A program made the translations under genes and the position numbers. From Amphiscolops sp. MND2022 (taxonomy: Eukaryota), in assembly GCA_964187785.1 (NCBI GenBank), contig OZ076409.1, positions 16,370,001-16,434,000 on the forward strand: DNA of 64,000 nucleotides, read 5' to 3'. The notes beneath the pieces are model-generated. The model had not been told where the DNA came from. It worked only from the letters and a program-made list of their open reading frames with translations, and searched no databases. The number at the start of each line of letters is the position of its first letter. Positions within the stretch are counted from its first letter, which is position 1. Below, in pieces: positions 9,962 to 24,387 of this stretch.

Positions 9962-10746
9962 TTTTTGTCAGAAATGTGGTTTAACTTCGGTGACAGTTTT
10001 GCAAAAGGGGTCAAATTGAAAAGATAGCAAAAAACGGACAACGCCATTAGAAAGAGCGTCCAAAAAAACCCCCATGCTGAAATTTTCGCCGCCATCACTT
10101 GAATTTTCATTGAGTTATGTCATTTTTACTATTTTCACAAAATGTGGTTTAACTTCGGTGACAGTTTTGCAAAAGGGGTCAAAATGAACAGATAGCAAAA
10201 AACGGACAACGGCACTGGAAAGAGGGCCCAAAATTACCCCTAAAACGTGTTTTTCACACTCCTGAGTCGACTTTTGATAATACATGGAATTTCATTTTTA
10301 AGCTTACTAATTTATGCTTTTCAGCATACATTTTCGTAATAGAGTCAAAATTTTGCTTTCTCACAATTTTTCTGGAATATTTGTGTTTCATCAGATGTCA
10401 ATAACTTGAAACGTCGTCTTTTCATGAGAATTTCTCCTCAAAACAAGTTGTTGGCTGGTAATGGTAAGTCCGTACCGCAGATAGGAGTCTCGCGCTCCAA
10501 AAATTGACTCTTTGCTTTTAGCCTAATTGTTGTGATAAACTTATTAAATAGGTAAGTATTCCAACCCTATTGATAAGTTTTATTTGAAAGCAGACTGCGA
10601 AAGTGGTCTGCTGCCCAATTTTTGAACAAGGAAAAAGCTAGTCTGCACTAACTTAAAAGTTACGCGTATTTTGACCGAGAAAATTTTCGTATCATTGTAC
10701 GTAATTTTGTTGTTAAGCATATAAAGCTATTGATTCTACAATGATC

Positions 10747-10865
10747 GGCTACGACCATACCATGTTGAATGCACCGGTTCTCGTCCGATCACCGAAGTTA
10801 AACAACATAGGGCCTGGTTAGTACTTGGATGGGAGACCGCTTGGGAACACCAGGTGTTGTAGCCT
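10747..10865 (+). rRNA. 5S rRNA: 5S rRNA
   Basis: Array copy. Confidence 0.98.
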
Positions 10866-11482
10866 TTTTTGTCAGAAATGTGGTTTAACTTCGGTGACAG
10901 TTTTGCAAAAGGGGTCAAAATGAACAGATAGCAAAAAACGGACAACGGCACTGGAAAGAGGGCCCAAAATTACCCCTAAAACGTGTTTTTCACACTCCTG
11001 AGTCGACTTTTGATAATACATGGAATTTCATTTTTAAGCTTACTAATTTATGCTTTTCAGCATACATTTTCGTAATAAAGTCAAAATTTTGCTTTCTCAC
11101 AATTTTTCTGGAATATTTTTGTTTCATCAGATGTCAATAACTTGAAACGTCGTCTTTTCATGAGAATTTCTCCTCAAAACAAGTTGTTGGCTGGTAATGG
11201 TAAGTCCGTACCGCAGATAGGAGTCTCGCGCTCCAAAAATTGACTCTTTGCTTTTAGCCTAATTGTTGTGATAAACTTATTAAATAGGTAAGTATTCCAA
11301 CCCTATTGATAAGTTTTATTTGAAAGCAGACTGCGAAAGTGGTCTGCTGCCCAATTTTTGAACAAGGAAAAAGCTAGTCTGCACTAACTTAAAAGTTACG
11401 CGTATTTTGACCGAGAAAATTTTCGTATCATTGTACGTAATTTTGTTGTTAAGCATATAAAGCTATTGATTCTACAATGATC

Positions 11483-11601
11483 GGCTACGACCATACCATG
11501 TTGAATGCACCGGTTCTCGTCCGATCACCGAAGTTAAACAACATAGGGCCTGGTTAGTACTTGGATGGGAGACCGCTTGGGAACACCAGGTGTTGTAGCC
11601 T
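11483..11601 (+). rRNA. 5S rRNA: 5S rRNA
   Basis: Array copy. Confidence 0.98.
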
Positions 11602-12386
11602 TTTTTGTCAGAAATGTGGTTTAACTTCGGTGACAGTTTTGCAAAAGGGGTCAAATTGAAAAGATAGCAAAAAACGGACAACGCCATTAGAAAGAGCGTC
11701 CAAAAAAACCCCCATGCTGAAATTTTCGCCGCCATCACTTGAATTTTCATTGAGTTATGTCATTTTTACTATTTTCACAAAATGTGGTTTAACTTCGGTG
11801 ACAGTTTTGCAAAAGGGGTCAAAATGAACAGATAGCAAAAAACGGACAACGGCACTGGAAAGAGGGCCCAAAATTACCCCTAAAACGTGTTTTTCACACT
11901 CCTGAGTCGACTTTTGATAATACATGGAATTTCATTTTTAAGCTTACTAATTTATGCTTTTCAGCATACATTTTCGTAATAGAGTCAAAATTTTGCTTTC
12001 TCACAATTTTTCTGGAATATTTGTGTTTCATCAGATGTCAATAACTTGAAACGTCGTCTTTTCATGAGAATTTCTCCTCAAAACAAGTTGTTGGCTGGTA
12101 ATGGTAAGTCCGTACCGCAGATAGGAGTCTCGCGCTCCAAAAATTGACTCTTTGCTTTTAGCCTAATTGTTGTGATAAACTTATTAAATAGGTAAGTATT
12201 CCAACCCTATTGATAAGTTTTATTTGAAAGCAGACTGCGAAAGTGGTCTGCTGCCCAATTTTTGAACAAGGAAAAAGCTAGTCTGCACTAACTTAAAAGT
12301 TACGCGTATTTTGACCGAGAAAATTTTCGTATCATTGTACGTAATTTTGTTGTTAAGCATATAAAGCTATTGATTCTACAATGATC

Positions 12387-12505
12387 GGCTACGACCATAC
12401 CATGTTGAATGCACCGGTTCTCGTCCGATCACCGAAGTTAAACAACATAGGGCCTGGTTAGTACTTGGATGGGAGACCGCTTGGGAACACCAGGTGTTGT
12501 AGCCT
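12387..12505 (+). rRNA. 5S rRNA: 5S rRNA
   Basis: Array copy. Confidence 0.98.
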
Positions 12506-13290
12506 TTTTTGTCAGAAATGTGGTTTAACTTCGGTGACAGTTTTGCAAAAGGGGTCAAATTGAAAAGATAGCAAAAAACGGACAACGCCATTAGAAAGAG
12601 CGTCCAAAAAAACCCCCATGCTGAAATTTTCGCCGCCATCACTTGAATTTTCATTGAGTTATGTCATTTTTACTATTTTCACAAAATGTGGTTTAACTTC
12701 GGTGACAGTTTTGCAAAAGGGGTCAAAATGAACAGATAGCAAAAAACGGACAACGGCATTGGAAAGAGGGCCCAAAATTACCCCTAAAACGTGTTTTTCA
12801 CACTCCTGAGTCGACTTTTGATAATACATGGAATTTCATTTTTAAGCTTACTAATTTATGCTTTTCAGCATACATTTTCGTAATAGAGTCAAAATTTTGC
12901 TTTCTCACAATTTTTCTGGAATATTTTTGTTTCATCAGATGTCAATAACTTGAAACGTCGTCTTTTCATGAGAATTTCTCCTCAAAACAAGTTGTTGGCT
13001 GGTAATGGTAAGTCCGTACCGCAGATAGGAGTCTCGCGCTCCAAAAATTGACTCTTTGCTTTTAGCCTAATTGTTGTGATAAACTTATTAAATAGGTAAG
13101 TATTCCAACCCTATTGATAAGTTTTATTTGAAAGCAGACTGCGAAAGTGGTCTGCTGCCCAATTTTTGAACAAGGAAAAAGCTAGTCTGCACTAACTTAA
13201 AAGTTACGCGTATTTTGACCGAGAAAATTTTCGTATCATTGTACGTAATTTTGTTGTTAAGCATATAAAGCTATTGATTCTACAATGATC

Positions 13291-13409
13291 GGCTACGACC
13301 ATACCATGTTGAATGCACCGGTTCTCGTCCGATCACCGAAGTTAAACAACATAGGGCCTGGTTAGTACTTGGATGGGAGACCGCTTGGGAACACCAGGTG
13401 TTGTAGCCT
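13291..13409 (+). rRNA. 5S rRNA: 5S rRNA
   Basis: Array copy. Confidence 0.98.
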
Positions 13410-14194
13410 TTTTTGTCAGAAATGTGGTTTAACTTCGGTGACAGTTTTGCAAAAGGGGTCAAATTGAAAAGATAGCAAAAAACGGACAACGCCATTAGAA
13501 AGAGCGTCCAAAAAAACCCCCATGCTGAAATTTTCGCCGCCATCACTTGAATTTTCATTGAGTTATGTCATTTTTACTATTTTCACAAAATGTGGTTTAA
13601 CTTCGGTGACAGTTTTGCAAAAGGGGTCAAAATGAACAGATAGCAAAAAACGGACAACGGCACTGGAAAGAGGGCCCAAAATTACCCCTAAAACGTGTTT
13701 TTCACACTCCTGAGTCGACTTTTGATAATACATGGAATTTCATTTTTAAGCTTACTAATTTATGCTTTTCAGCATACATTTTCGTAATAAAGTCAAAATT
13801 TTGCTTTCTCACAATTTTTCTGGAATATTTTTGTTTCATCAGATGTCAATAACTTGAAACGTCGTCTTTTCATGAGAATTTCTCCTCAAAACAAGTTGTT
13901 GGCTGGTAATGGTAAGTCCGTACCGCAGATAGGAGTCTCGCGCTCCAAAAATTGACTCTTTGCTTTTAGCCTAATTGTTGTGATAAACTTATTAAATAGG
14001 TAAGTATTCCAACCCTATTGATAAGTTTTATTTGAAAGCAGACTGCGAAAGTGGTCTGCTGCCCAATTTTTGAACAAGGAAAAAGCTAGTCTGCACTAAC
14101 TTAAAAGTTACGCGTATTTTGACCGAGAAAATTTTCGTATCATTGTACGTAATTTTGTTGTTAAGCATATAAAGCTATTGATTCTACAATGATC

Positions 14195-14313
14195 GGCTAC
14201 GACCATACCATGTTGAATGCACCGGTTCTCGTCCGATCACCGAAGTTAAACAACATAGGGCCTGGTTAGTACTTGGATGGGAGACCGCTTGGGAACACCA
14301 GGTGTTGTAGCCT
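14195..14313 (+). rRNA. 5S rRNA: 5S rRNA
   Basis: Array copy. Confidence 0.98.
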
Positions 14314-15098
14314 TTTTTGTCAGAAATGTGGTTTAACTTCGGTGACAGTTTTGCAAAAGGGGTCAAATTGAAAAGATAGCAAAAAACGGACAACGCCATT
14401 AGAAAGAGCGTCCAAAAAAACCCCCATGCTGAAATTTTCGCCGCCATCACTTGAATTTTCATTGAGTTATGTCATTTTTACTATTTTCACAAAATGTGGT
14501 TTAACTTCGGTGACAGTTTTGCAAAAGGGGTCAAAATGAACAGATAGCAAAAAACGGACAACGGCACTGGAAAGAGGGCCCAAAATTACCCCTAAAACGT
14601 GTTTTTCACACTCCTGAGTCGACTTTTGATAATACATGGAATTTCATTTTTAAGCTTACTAATTTATGCTTTTCAGCATACATTTTCGTAATAGAGTCAA
14701 AATTTTGCTTTCTCACAATTTTTCTGGAATATTTGTGTTTCATCAGATGTCAATAACTTGAAACGTCGTCTTTTCATGAGAATTTCTCCTCAAAACAAGT
14801 TGTTGGCTGGTAATGGTAAGTCCGTACCGCAGATAGGAGTCTCGCGCTCCAAAAATTGACTCTTTGCTTTTAGCCTAATTGTTGTGATAAACTTATTAAA
14901 TAGGTAAGTATTCCAACCCTATTGATAAGTTTTATTTGAAAGCAGACTGCGAAAGTGGTCTGCTGCCCAATTTTTGAACAAGGAAAAAGCTAGTCTGCAC
15001 TAACTTAAAAGTTACGCGTATTTTGACCGAGAAAATTTTCGTATCATTGTACGTAATTTTGTTGTTAAGCATATAAAGCTATTGATTCTACAATGATC

Positions 15099-15217
15099 GG
15101 CTACGACCATACCATGTTGAATGCACCGGTTCTCGTCCGATCACCGAAGTTAAACAACATAGGGCCTGGTTAGTACTTGGATGGGAGACCGCTTGGGAAC
15201 ACCAGGTGTTGTAGCCT
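15099..15217 (+). rRNA. 5S rRNA: 5S rRNA
   Basis: Array copy. Confidence 0.98.
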
Positions 15218-16002
15218 TTTTTGTCAGAAATGTGGTTTAACTTCGGTGACAGTTTTGCAAAAGGGGTCAAATTGAAAAGATAGCAAAAAACGGACAACGC
15301 CATTAGAAAGAGCGTCCAAAAAAACCCCCATGCTGAAATTTTCGCCGCCATCACTTGAATTTTCATTGAGTTATGTCATTTTTACTATTTTCACAAAATG
15401 TGGTTTAACTTCGGTGACAGTTTTGCAAAAGGGGTCAAAATGAACAGATAGCAAAAAACGGACAACGGCATTGGAAAGAGGGCCCAAAATTACCCCTAAA
15501 ACGTGTTTTTCACACTCCTGAGTCGACTTTTGATAATACATGGAATTTCATTTTTAAGCTTACTAATTTATGCTTTTCAGCATACATTTTCGTAATAGAG
15601 TCAAAATTTTGCTTTCTCACAATTTTTCTGGAATATTTTTGTTTCATCAGATGTCAATAACTTGAAACGTCGTCTTTTCATGAGAATTTCTCCTCAAAAC
15701 AAGTTGTTGGCTGGTAATGGTAAGTCCGTACCGCAGATAGGAGTCTCGCGCTCCAAAAATTGACTCTTTGCTTTTAGCCTAATTGTTGTGATAAACTTAT
15801 TAAATAGGTAAGTATTCCAACCCTATTGATAAGTTTTATTTGAAAGCAGACTGCGAAAGTGGTCTGCTGCCCAATTTTTGAACAAGGAAAAAGCTAGTCT
15901 GCACTAACTTAAAAGTTACGCGTATTTTGACCGAGAAAATTTTCGTATCATTGTACGTAATTTTGTTGTTAAGCATATAAAGCTATTGATTCTACAATGA
16001 TC

Positions 16003-16121
16003 GGCTACGACCATACCATGTTGAATGCACCGGTTCTCGTCCGATCACCGAAGTTAAACAACATAGGGCCTGGTTAGTACTTGGATGGGAGACCGCTTGG
16101 GAACACCAGGTGTTGTAGCCT
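16003..16121 (+). rRNA. 5S rRNA: 5S rRNA
   Basis: Array copy. Confidence 0.98.
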
Positions 16122-16906
16122 TTTTTGTCAGAAATGTGGTTTAACTTCGGTGACAGTTTTGCAAAAGGGGTCAAATTGAAAAGATAGCAAAAAACGGACA
16201 ACGCCATTAGAAAGAGCGTCCAAAAAAACCCCCATGCTGAAATTTTCGCCGCCATCACTTGAATTTTCATTGAGTTATGTCATTTTTACTATTTTCACAA
16301 AATGTGGTTTAACTTCGGTGACAGTTTTGCAAAAGGGGTCAAAATGAACAGATAGCAAAAAACGGACAACGGCACTGGAAAGAGGGCCCAAAATTACCCC
16401 TAAAACGTGTTTTTCACACTCCTGAGTCGACTTTTGATAATACATGGAATTTCATTTTTAAGCTTACTAATTTATGCTTTTCAGCATACATTTTCGTAAT
16501 AGAGTCAAAATTTTGCTTTCTCACAATTTTTCTGGAATATTTTTGTTTCATCAGATGTCAATAACTTGAAACGTCGTCTTTTCATGAGAATTTCTCCTCA
16601 AAACAAGTTGTTGGCTGGTAATGGTAAGTCAGTACCGCAGATAGGAGTCTCGCGCTCCAAAAATTGACTCTTTGCTTTTAGCCTAATTGTTGTGATAAAC
16701 TTATTAAATAGGTAAGTATTCCAACCCTATTGATAAGTTTTATTTGAAAGCAGACTGCGAAAGTGGTCTGCTGCCCAATTTTTGAACAAGGAAAAAGCTA
16801 GTCTGCACTAACTTAAAAGTTACGCGTATTTTGACCGAGAAAATTTTCGTATCATTGTACGTAATTTTGTTGTTAAGCATATAAAGCTATTGATTCTACA
16901 ATGATC

Positions 16907-17025
16907 GGCTACGACCATACCATGTTGAATGCACCGGTTCTCGTCCGATCACCGAAGTTAAACAACATAGGGCCTGGTTAGTACTTGGATGGGAGACCGC
17001 TTGGGAACACCAGGTGTTGTAGCCT
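16907..17025 (+). rRNA. 5S rRNA: 5S rRNA
   Basis: Array copy. Confidence 0.98.
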
Positions 17026-17810
17026 TTTTTGTCAGAAATGTGGTTTAACTTCGGTGACAGTTTTGCAAAAGGGGTCAAATTGAAAAGATAGCAAAAAACG
17101 GACAACGCCATTAGAAAGAGCGTCCAAAAAAACCCCCATGCTGAAATTTTCGCCGCCATCACTTGAATTTTCATTGAGTTATGTCATTTTTACTATTTTC
17201 ACAAAATGTGGTTTAACTTCGGTGACAGTTTTGCAAAAGGGGTCAAAATGAACAGATAGCAAAAAACGGACAACGGCACTGGAAAGAGGGCCCAAAATTA
17301 CCCCTAAAACGTGTTTTTCACACTCCTGAGTCGACTTTTGATAATACATGGAATTTCATTTTTAAGCTTACTAATTTATGCTTTTCAGCATACATTTTCG
17401 TAATAGAGTCAAAATTTTGCTTTCTCACAATTTTTCTGGAATATTTGTGTTTCATCAGATGTCAATAACTTGAAACGTCGTCTTTTCATGAGAATTTCTC
17501 CTCAAAACAAGTTGTTGGCTGGTAATGGTAAGTCCGTACCGCAGATAGGAGTCTCGCGCTCCAAAAATTGACTCTTTGCTTTTAGCCTAATTGTTGTGAT
17601 AAACTTATTAAATAGGTAAGTATTCCAACCCTATTGATAAGTTTTATTTGAAAGCAGACTGCGAAAGTGGTCTGCTGCCCAATTTTTGAACAAGGAAAAA
17701 GCTAGTCTGCACTAACTTAAAAGTTACGCGTATTTTGACCGAGAAAATTTTCGTATCATTGTACGTAATTTTGTTGTTAAGCATATAAAGCTATTGATTC
17801 TACAATGATC

Positions 17811-17929
17811 GGCTACGACCATACCATGTTGAATGCACCGGTTCTCGTCCGATCACCGAAGTTAAACAACATAGGGCCTGGTTAGTACTTGGATGGGAGA
17901 CCGCTTGGGAACACCAGGTGTTGTAGCCT
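17811..17929 (+). rRNA. 5S rRNA: 5S rRNA
   Basis: Array copy. Confidence 0.98.
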
Positions 17930-18714
17930 TTTTTGTCAGAAATGTGGTTTAACTTCGGTGACAGTTTTGCAAAAGGGGTCAAATTGAAAAGATAGCAAAA
18001 AACGGACAACGCCATTAGAAAGAGCGTCCAAAAAAACCCCCATGCTGAAATTTTCGCCGCCATCACTTGAATTTTCATTGAGTTATGTCATTTTTACTAT
18101 TTTCACAAAATGTGGTTTAACTTCGGTGACAGTTTTGCAAAAGGGGTCAAAATGAACAGATAGCAAAAAACGGACAACGGCATTGGAAAGAGGGCCCAAA
18201 ATTACCCCTAAAACGTGTTTTTCACACTCCTGAGTCGACTTTTGATAATACATGGAATTTCATTTTTAAGCTTACTAATTTATGCTTTTCAGCATACATT
18301 TTCGTAATAGAGTCAAAATTTTGCTTTCTCACAATTTTTCTGGAATATTTTTGTTTCATCAGATGTCAATAACTTGAAACGTCGTCTTTTCATGAGAATT
18401 TCTCCTCAAAACAAGTTGTTGGCTGGTAATGGTAAGTCCGTACCGCAGATAGGAGTCTCGCGCTCCAAAAATTGACTCTTTGCTTTTAGCCTAATTGTTG
18501 TGATAAACTTATTAAATAGGTAAGTATTCCAACCCTATTGATAAGTTTTATTTGAAAGCAGACTGCGAAAGTGGTCTGCTGCCCAATTTTTGAACAAGGA
18601 AAAAGCTAGTCTGCACTAACTTAAAAGTTACGCGTATTTTGACCGAGAAAATTTTCGTATCATTGTACGTAATTTTGTTGTTAAGCATATAAAGCTATTG
18701 ATTCTACAATGATC

Positions 18715-18833
18715 GGCTACGACCATACCATGTTGAATGCACCGGTTCTCGTCCGATCACCGAAGTTAAACAACATAGGGCCTGGTTAGTACTTGGATGG
18801 GAGACCGCTTGGGAACACCAGGTGTTGTAGCCT
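18715..18833 (+). rRNA. 5S rRNA: 5S rRNA
   Basis: Array copy. Confidence 0.98.
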
Positions 18834-19618
18834 TTTTTGTCAGAAATGTGGTTTAACTTCGGTGACAGTTTTGCAAAAGGGGTCAAATTGAAAAGATAGC
18901 AAAAAACGGACAACGCCATTAGAAAGAGCGTCCAAAAAAACCCCCATGCTGAAATTTTCGCCGCCATCACTTGAATTTTCATTGAGTTATGTCATTTTTA
19001 CTATTTTCACAAAATGTGGTTTAACTTCGGTGACAGTTTTGCAAAAGGGGTCAAAATGAACAGATAGCAAAAAACGGACAACGGCATTGGAAAGAGGGCC
19101 CAAAATTACCCCTAAAACGTGTTTTTCACACTCCTGAGTCGACTTTTGATAATACATGGAATTTCATTTTTAAGCTTACTAATTTATGCTTTTCAGCATA
19201 CATTTTCGTAATAGAGTCAAAATTTTGCTTTCTCACAATTTTTCTGGAATATTTTTGTTTCATCAGATGTCAATAACTTGAAACGTCGTCTTTTCATGAG
19301 AATTTCTCCTCAAAACAAGTTGTTGGCTGGTAATGGTAAGTCCGTACCGCAGATAGGAGTCTCGCGCTCCAAAAATTGACTCTTTGCTTTTAGCCTAATT
19401 GTTGTGATAAACTTATTAAATAGGTAAGTATTCCAACCCTATTGATAAGTTTTATTTGAAAGCAGACTGCGAAAGTGGTCTGCTGCCCAATTTTTGAACA
19501 AGGAAAAAGCTAGTCTGCACTAACTTAAAAGTTACGCGTATTTTGACCGAGAAAATTTTCGTATCATTGTACGTAATTTTGTTGTTAAGCATATAAAGCT
19601 ATTGATTCTACAATGATC

Positions 19619-19737
19619 GGCTACGACCATACCATGTTGAATGCACCGGTTCTCGTCCGATCACCGAAGTTAAACAACATAGGGCCTGGTTAGTACTTGG
19701 ATGGGAGACCGCTTGGGAACACCAGGTGTTGTAGCCT
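19619..19737 (+). rRNA. 5S rRNA: 5S rRNA
   Basis: Array copy. Confidence 0.98.
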
Positions 19738-20522
19738 TTTTTGTCAGAAATGTGGTTTAACTTCGGTGACAGTTTTGCAAAAGGGGTCAAATTGAAAAGA
19801 TAGCAAAAAACGGACAACGCCATTAGAAAGAGCGTCCAAAAAAACCCCCATGCTGAAATTTTCGCCGCCATCACTTGAATTTTCATTGAGTTATGTCATT
19901 TTTACTATTTTCACAAAATGTGGTTTAACTTCGGTGACAGTTTTGCAAAAGGGGTCAAAATGAACAGATAGCAAAAAACGGACAACGGCATTGGAAAGAG
20001 GGCCCAAAATTACCCCTAAAACGTGTTTTTCACACTCCTGAGTCGACTTTTGATAATACATGGAATTTCATTTTTAAGCTTACTAATTTATGCTTTTCAG
20101 CATACATTTTCGTAATAGAGTCAAAATTTTGCTTTCTCACAATTTTTCTGGAATATTTTTGTTTCATCAGATGTCAATAACTTGAAACGTCGTCTTTTCA
20201 TGAGAATTTCTCCTCAAAACAAGTTGTTGGCTGGTAATGGTAAGTCCGTACCGCAGATAGGAGTCTCGCGCTCCAAAAATTGACTCTTTGCTTTTAGCCT
20301 AATTGTTGTGATAAACTTATTAAATAGGTAAGTATTCCAACCCTATTGATAAGTTTTATTTGAAAGCAGACTGCGAAAGTGGTCTGCTGCCCAATTTTTG
20401 AACAAGGAAAAAGCTAGTCTGCACTAACTTAAAAGTTACGCGTATTTTGACCGAGAAAATTTTCGTATCATTGTACGTAATTTTGTTGTTAAGCATATAA
20501 AGCTATTGATTCTACAATGATC

Positions 20523-20641
20523 GGCTACGACCATACCATGTTGAATGCACCGGTTCTCGTCCGATCACCGAAGTTAAACAACATAGGGCCTGGTTAGTAC
20601 TTGGATGGGAGACCGCTTGGGAACACCAGGTGTTGTAGCCT
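20523..20641 (+). rRNA. 5S rRNA: 5S rRNA
   Basis: Array copy. Confidence 0.98.
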
Positions 20642-21426
20642 TTTTTGTCAGAAATGTGGTTTAACTTCGGTGACAGTTTTGCAAAAGGGGTCAAATTGAA
20701 AAGATAGCAAAAAACGGACAACGCCATTAGAAAGAGCGTCCAAAAAAACCCCCATGCTGAAATTTTCGCCGCCATCACTTGAATTTTCATTGAGTTATGT
20801 CATTTTTACTATTTTCACAAAATGTGGTTTAACTTCGGTGACAGTTTTGCAAAAGGGGTCAAAATGAACAGATAGCAAAAAACGGACAACGGCATTGGAA
20901 AGAGGGCCCAAAATTACCCCTAAAACGTGTTTTTCACACTCCTGAGTCGACTTTTGATAATACATGGAATTTCATTTTTAAGCTTACTAATTTATGCTTT
21001 TCAGCATACATTTTCGTAATAGAGTCAAAATTTTGCTTTCTCACAATTTTTCTGGAATATTTTTGTTTCATCAGATGTCAATAACTTGAAACGTCGTCTT
21101 TTCATGAGAATTTCTCCTCAAAACAAGTTGTTGGCTGGTAATGGTAAGTCCGTACCGCAGATAGGAGTCTCGCGCTCCAAAAATTGACTCTTTGCTTTTA
21201 GCCTAATTGTTGTGATAAACTTATTAAATAGGTAAGTATTCCAACCCTATTGATAAGTTTTATTTGAAAGCAGACTGCGAAAGTGGTCTGCTGCCCAATT
21301 TTTGAACAAGGAAAAAGCTAGTCTGCACTAACTTAAAAGTTACGCGTATTTTGACCGAGAAAATTTTCGTATCATTGTACGTAATTTTGTTGTTAAGCAT
21401 ATAAAGCTATTGATTCTACAATGATC

Positions 21427-21545
21427 GGCTACGACCATACCATGTTGAATGCACCGGTTCTCGTCCGATCACCGAAGTTAAACAACATAGGGCCTGGTTA
21501 GTACTTGGATGGGAGACCGCTTGGGAACACCAGGTGTTGTAGCCT
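21427..21545 (+). rRNA. 5S rRNA: 5S rRNA
   Basis: Array copy. Confidence 0.98.
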
Positions 21546-22330
21546 TTTTTGTCAGAAATGTGGTTTAACTTCGGTGACAGTTTTGCAAAAGGGGTCAAAT
21601 TGAAAAGATAGCAAAAAACGGACAACGCCATTAGAAAGAGCGTCCAAAAAAACCCCCATGCTGAAATTTTCGCCGCCATCACTTGAATTTTCATTGAGTT
21701 ATGTCATTTTTACTATTTTCACAAAATGTGGTTTAACTTCGGTGACAGTTTTGCAAAAGGGGTCAAAATGAACAGATAGCAAAAAACGGACAACGGCATT
21801 GGAAAGAGGGCCCAAAATTACCCCTAAAACGTGTTTTTCACACTCCTGAGTCGACTTTTGATAATACATGGAATTTCATTTTTAAGCTTACTAATTTATG
21901 CTTTTCAGCATACATTTTCGTAATAGAGTCAAAATTTTGCTTTCTCACAATTTTTCTGGAATATTTTTGTTTCATCAGATGTCAATAACTTGAAACGTCG
22001 TCTTTTCATGAGAATTTCTCCTCAAAACAAGTTGTTGGCTGGTAATGGTAAGTCCGTACCGCAGATAGGAGTCTCGCGCTCCAAAAATTGACTCTTTGCT
22101 TTTAGCCTAATTGTTGTGATAAACTTATTAAATAGGTAAGTATTCCAACCCTATTGATAAGTTTTATTTGAAAGCAGACTGCGAAAGTGGTCTGCTGCCC
22201 AATTTTTGAACAAGGAAAAAGCTAGTCTGCACTAACTTAAAAGTTACGCGTATTTTGACCGAGAAAATTTTCGTATCATTGTACGTAATTTTGTTGTTAA
22301 GCATATAAAGCTATTGATTCTACAATGATC

Positions 22331-22449
22331 GGCTACGACCATACCATGTTGAATGCACCGGTTCTCGTCCGATCACCGAAGTTAAACAACATAGGGCCTG
22401 GTTAGTACTTGGATGGGAGACCGCTTGGGAACACCAGGTGTTGTAGCCT
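22331..22449 (+). rRNA. 5S rRNA: 5S rRNA
   Basis: Array copy. Confidence 0.98.
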
Positions 22450-23234
22450 TTTTTGTCAGAAATGTGGTTTAACTTCGGTGACAGTTTTGCAAAAGGGGTC
22501 AAATTGAAAAGATAGCAAAAAACGGACAACGCCATTAGAAAGAGCGTCCAAAAAAAACCCCATGCTGAAATTTTCGCCGCCATCACTTGAATTTTCATTG
22601 AGTTATGTCATTTTTACTATTTTCACAAAATGTGGTTTAACTTCGGTGACAGTTTTGCAAAAGGGGTCAAAATGAACAGATAGCAAAAAACGGACAACGG
22701 CACTGGAAAGAGGGCCCAAAATTACCCCTAAAACGTGTTTTTCACACTCCTGAGTCGACTTTTGATAATACATGGAATTTCATTTTTAAGCTTACTAATT
22801 TATGCTTTTCAGCATACATTTTCGTAATAGAGTCAAAATTTTGCTTTCTCACAATTTTTCTGGAATATTTTTGTTTCATCAGATGTCAATAACTTGAAAC
22901 GTCGTCTTTTCATGAGAATTTCTCCTCAAAACAAGTTGTTGGCTGGTAATGGTAAGTCCGTACCGCAGATAGGAGTCTCGCGCTCCAAAAATTGACTCTT
23001 TGCTTTTAGCCTAATTGTTGTGATAAACTTATTAAATAGGTAAGTATTCCAACCCTATTGATAAGTTTTATTTGAAAGCAGACTGCGAAAGTGGTCTGCT
23101 GCCCAATTTTTGAACAAGGAACAAGCTAGTCTGCACTAACTTAAAAGTTACGCGTATTTTGACCGAGAAAATTTTCGTATCATTGTACGTAATTTTGTTG
23201 TTAAGCATATAAAGCTATTGATTCTACAATGATC

Positions 23235-23353
23235 GGCTACGACCATACCATGTTGAATGCACCGGTTCTCGTCCGATCACCGAAGTTAAACAACATAGGG
23301 CCTGGTTAGTACTTGGATGGGAGACCGCTTGGGAACACCAGGTGTTGTAGCCT
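23235..23353 (+). rRNA. 5S rRNA: 5S rRNA
   Basis: Array copy. Confidence 0.98.
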
Positions 23354-23912
23354 TTTTTGTCAGAAATGTGGTTTAACTTCGGTGACAGTTTTGCAAAAGG
23401 GGTCAAATTGAAAAGATAGCAAAAAACGGACAACGCCATTAGAAAGAGCGTCCAAAAAAACCCCCATGCTGAAATTTTCGCCGCCATCACTTGAATTTTC
23501 ATTGAGTTATGTCATTTTTACTATTTTCACAAAATGTGGTTTAACTTCGGTGACAGTTTTGCAAAAGGGGTCAAAATGAACAGATAGCAAAAAACGGACA
23601 ACGGCACTGGAAAGAGGGCCCAAAATTACCCCTAAAACGTGTTTTTCACACTCCTGAGTCGACTTTTGATAATACATGGAATTTCATTTTTAAGCTTACT
23701 AATTTATGCTTTTCAGCATACATTTTCGTAATAGAGTCAAAATTTTGCTTTCTCACAATTTTTCTGGAATATTTTTGTTTCATCAGATGTCAATAACTTG
23801 AAACGTCGTCTTTTCATGAGAATTTCTCCTCAAAACAAGTTGTTGGCTGGTAATGGTAAGTCCGTACCGCAGATAGGAGTCTCGCGCTCCAAAAATTGAC
23901 TCTTTGCTTTTA

Positions 23913-24154
23913 GCCTAATTGTTGTGATAAACTTATTAAATAGGTAAGTATTCCAACCTCGGAATATTTCTTGCCTGTTTGAGGTGTTAATCACACATAC
24001 TTATCAATAGGGCCCAAAAGCCAGTAACCAAAAACCAGTAACCAATAACCAACCTGTACTTACTGTTTGAAAGGTAAGTATTCCAACCCTATTGATAAGT
24101 TTTATTTGAAAGCAGACTGCGAAAGTGGTCTGCTGCCCAATTTTTGAACAAGGA
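23913..24154 (+). ncRNA. SL RNA gene with a 130-bp expansion
   Basis: Duplication at 23942-23958 and 24072-24088; insert at 23959-24071. Confidence 0.8.
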
Positions 24155-24268
24155 ACAAGCTAGTCTGCACTAACTTAAAAGTTACGCGTATTTTGACCGA
24201 GAAAATTTTCGTATCATTGTACGTTATTTTGTTGTTAAGCATATAAAGCTATTGATTCTACAATGATC

Positions 24269-24387
24269 GGCTACGACCATACCATGTTGAATGCACCGGT
24301 TCTCGTCCGATCACCGAAGTTAAACAACATAGGGCCTGGTTAGTACTTGGATGGGAGACCGCTTGGGAACACCAGGTGTTGTAGCCT
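24269..24387 (+). rRNA. 5S rRNA: 5S rRNA
   Basis: Array copy. Confidence 0.98.
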
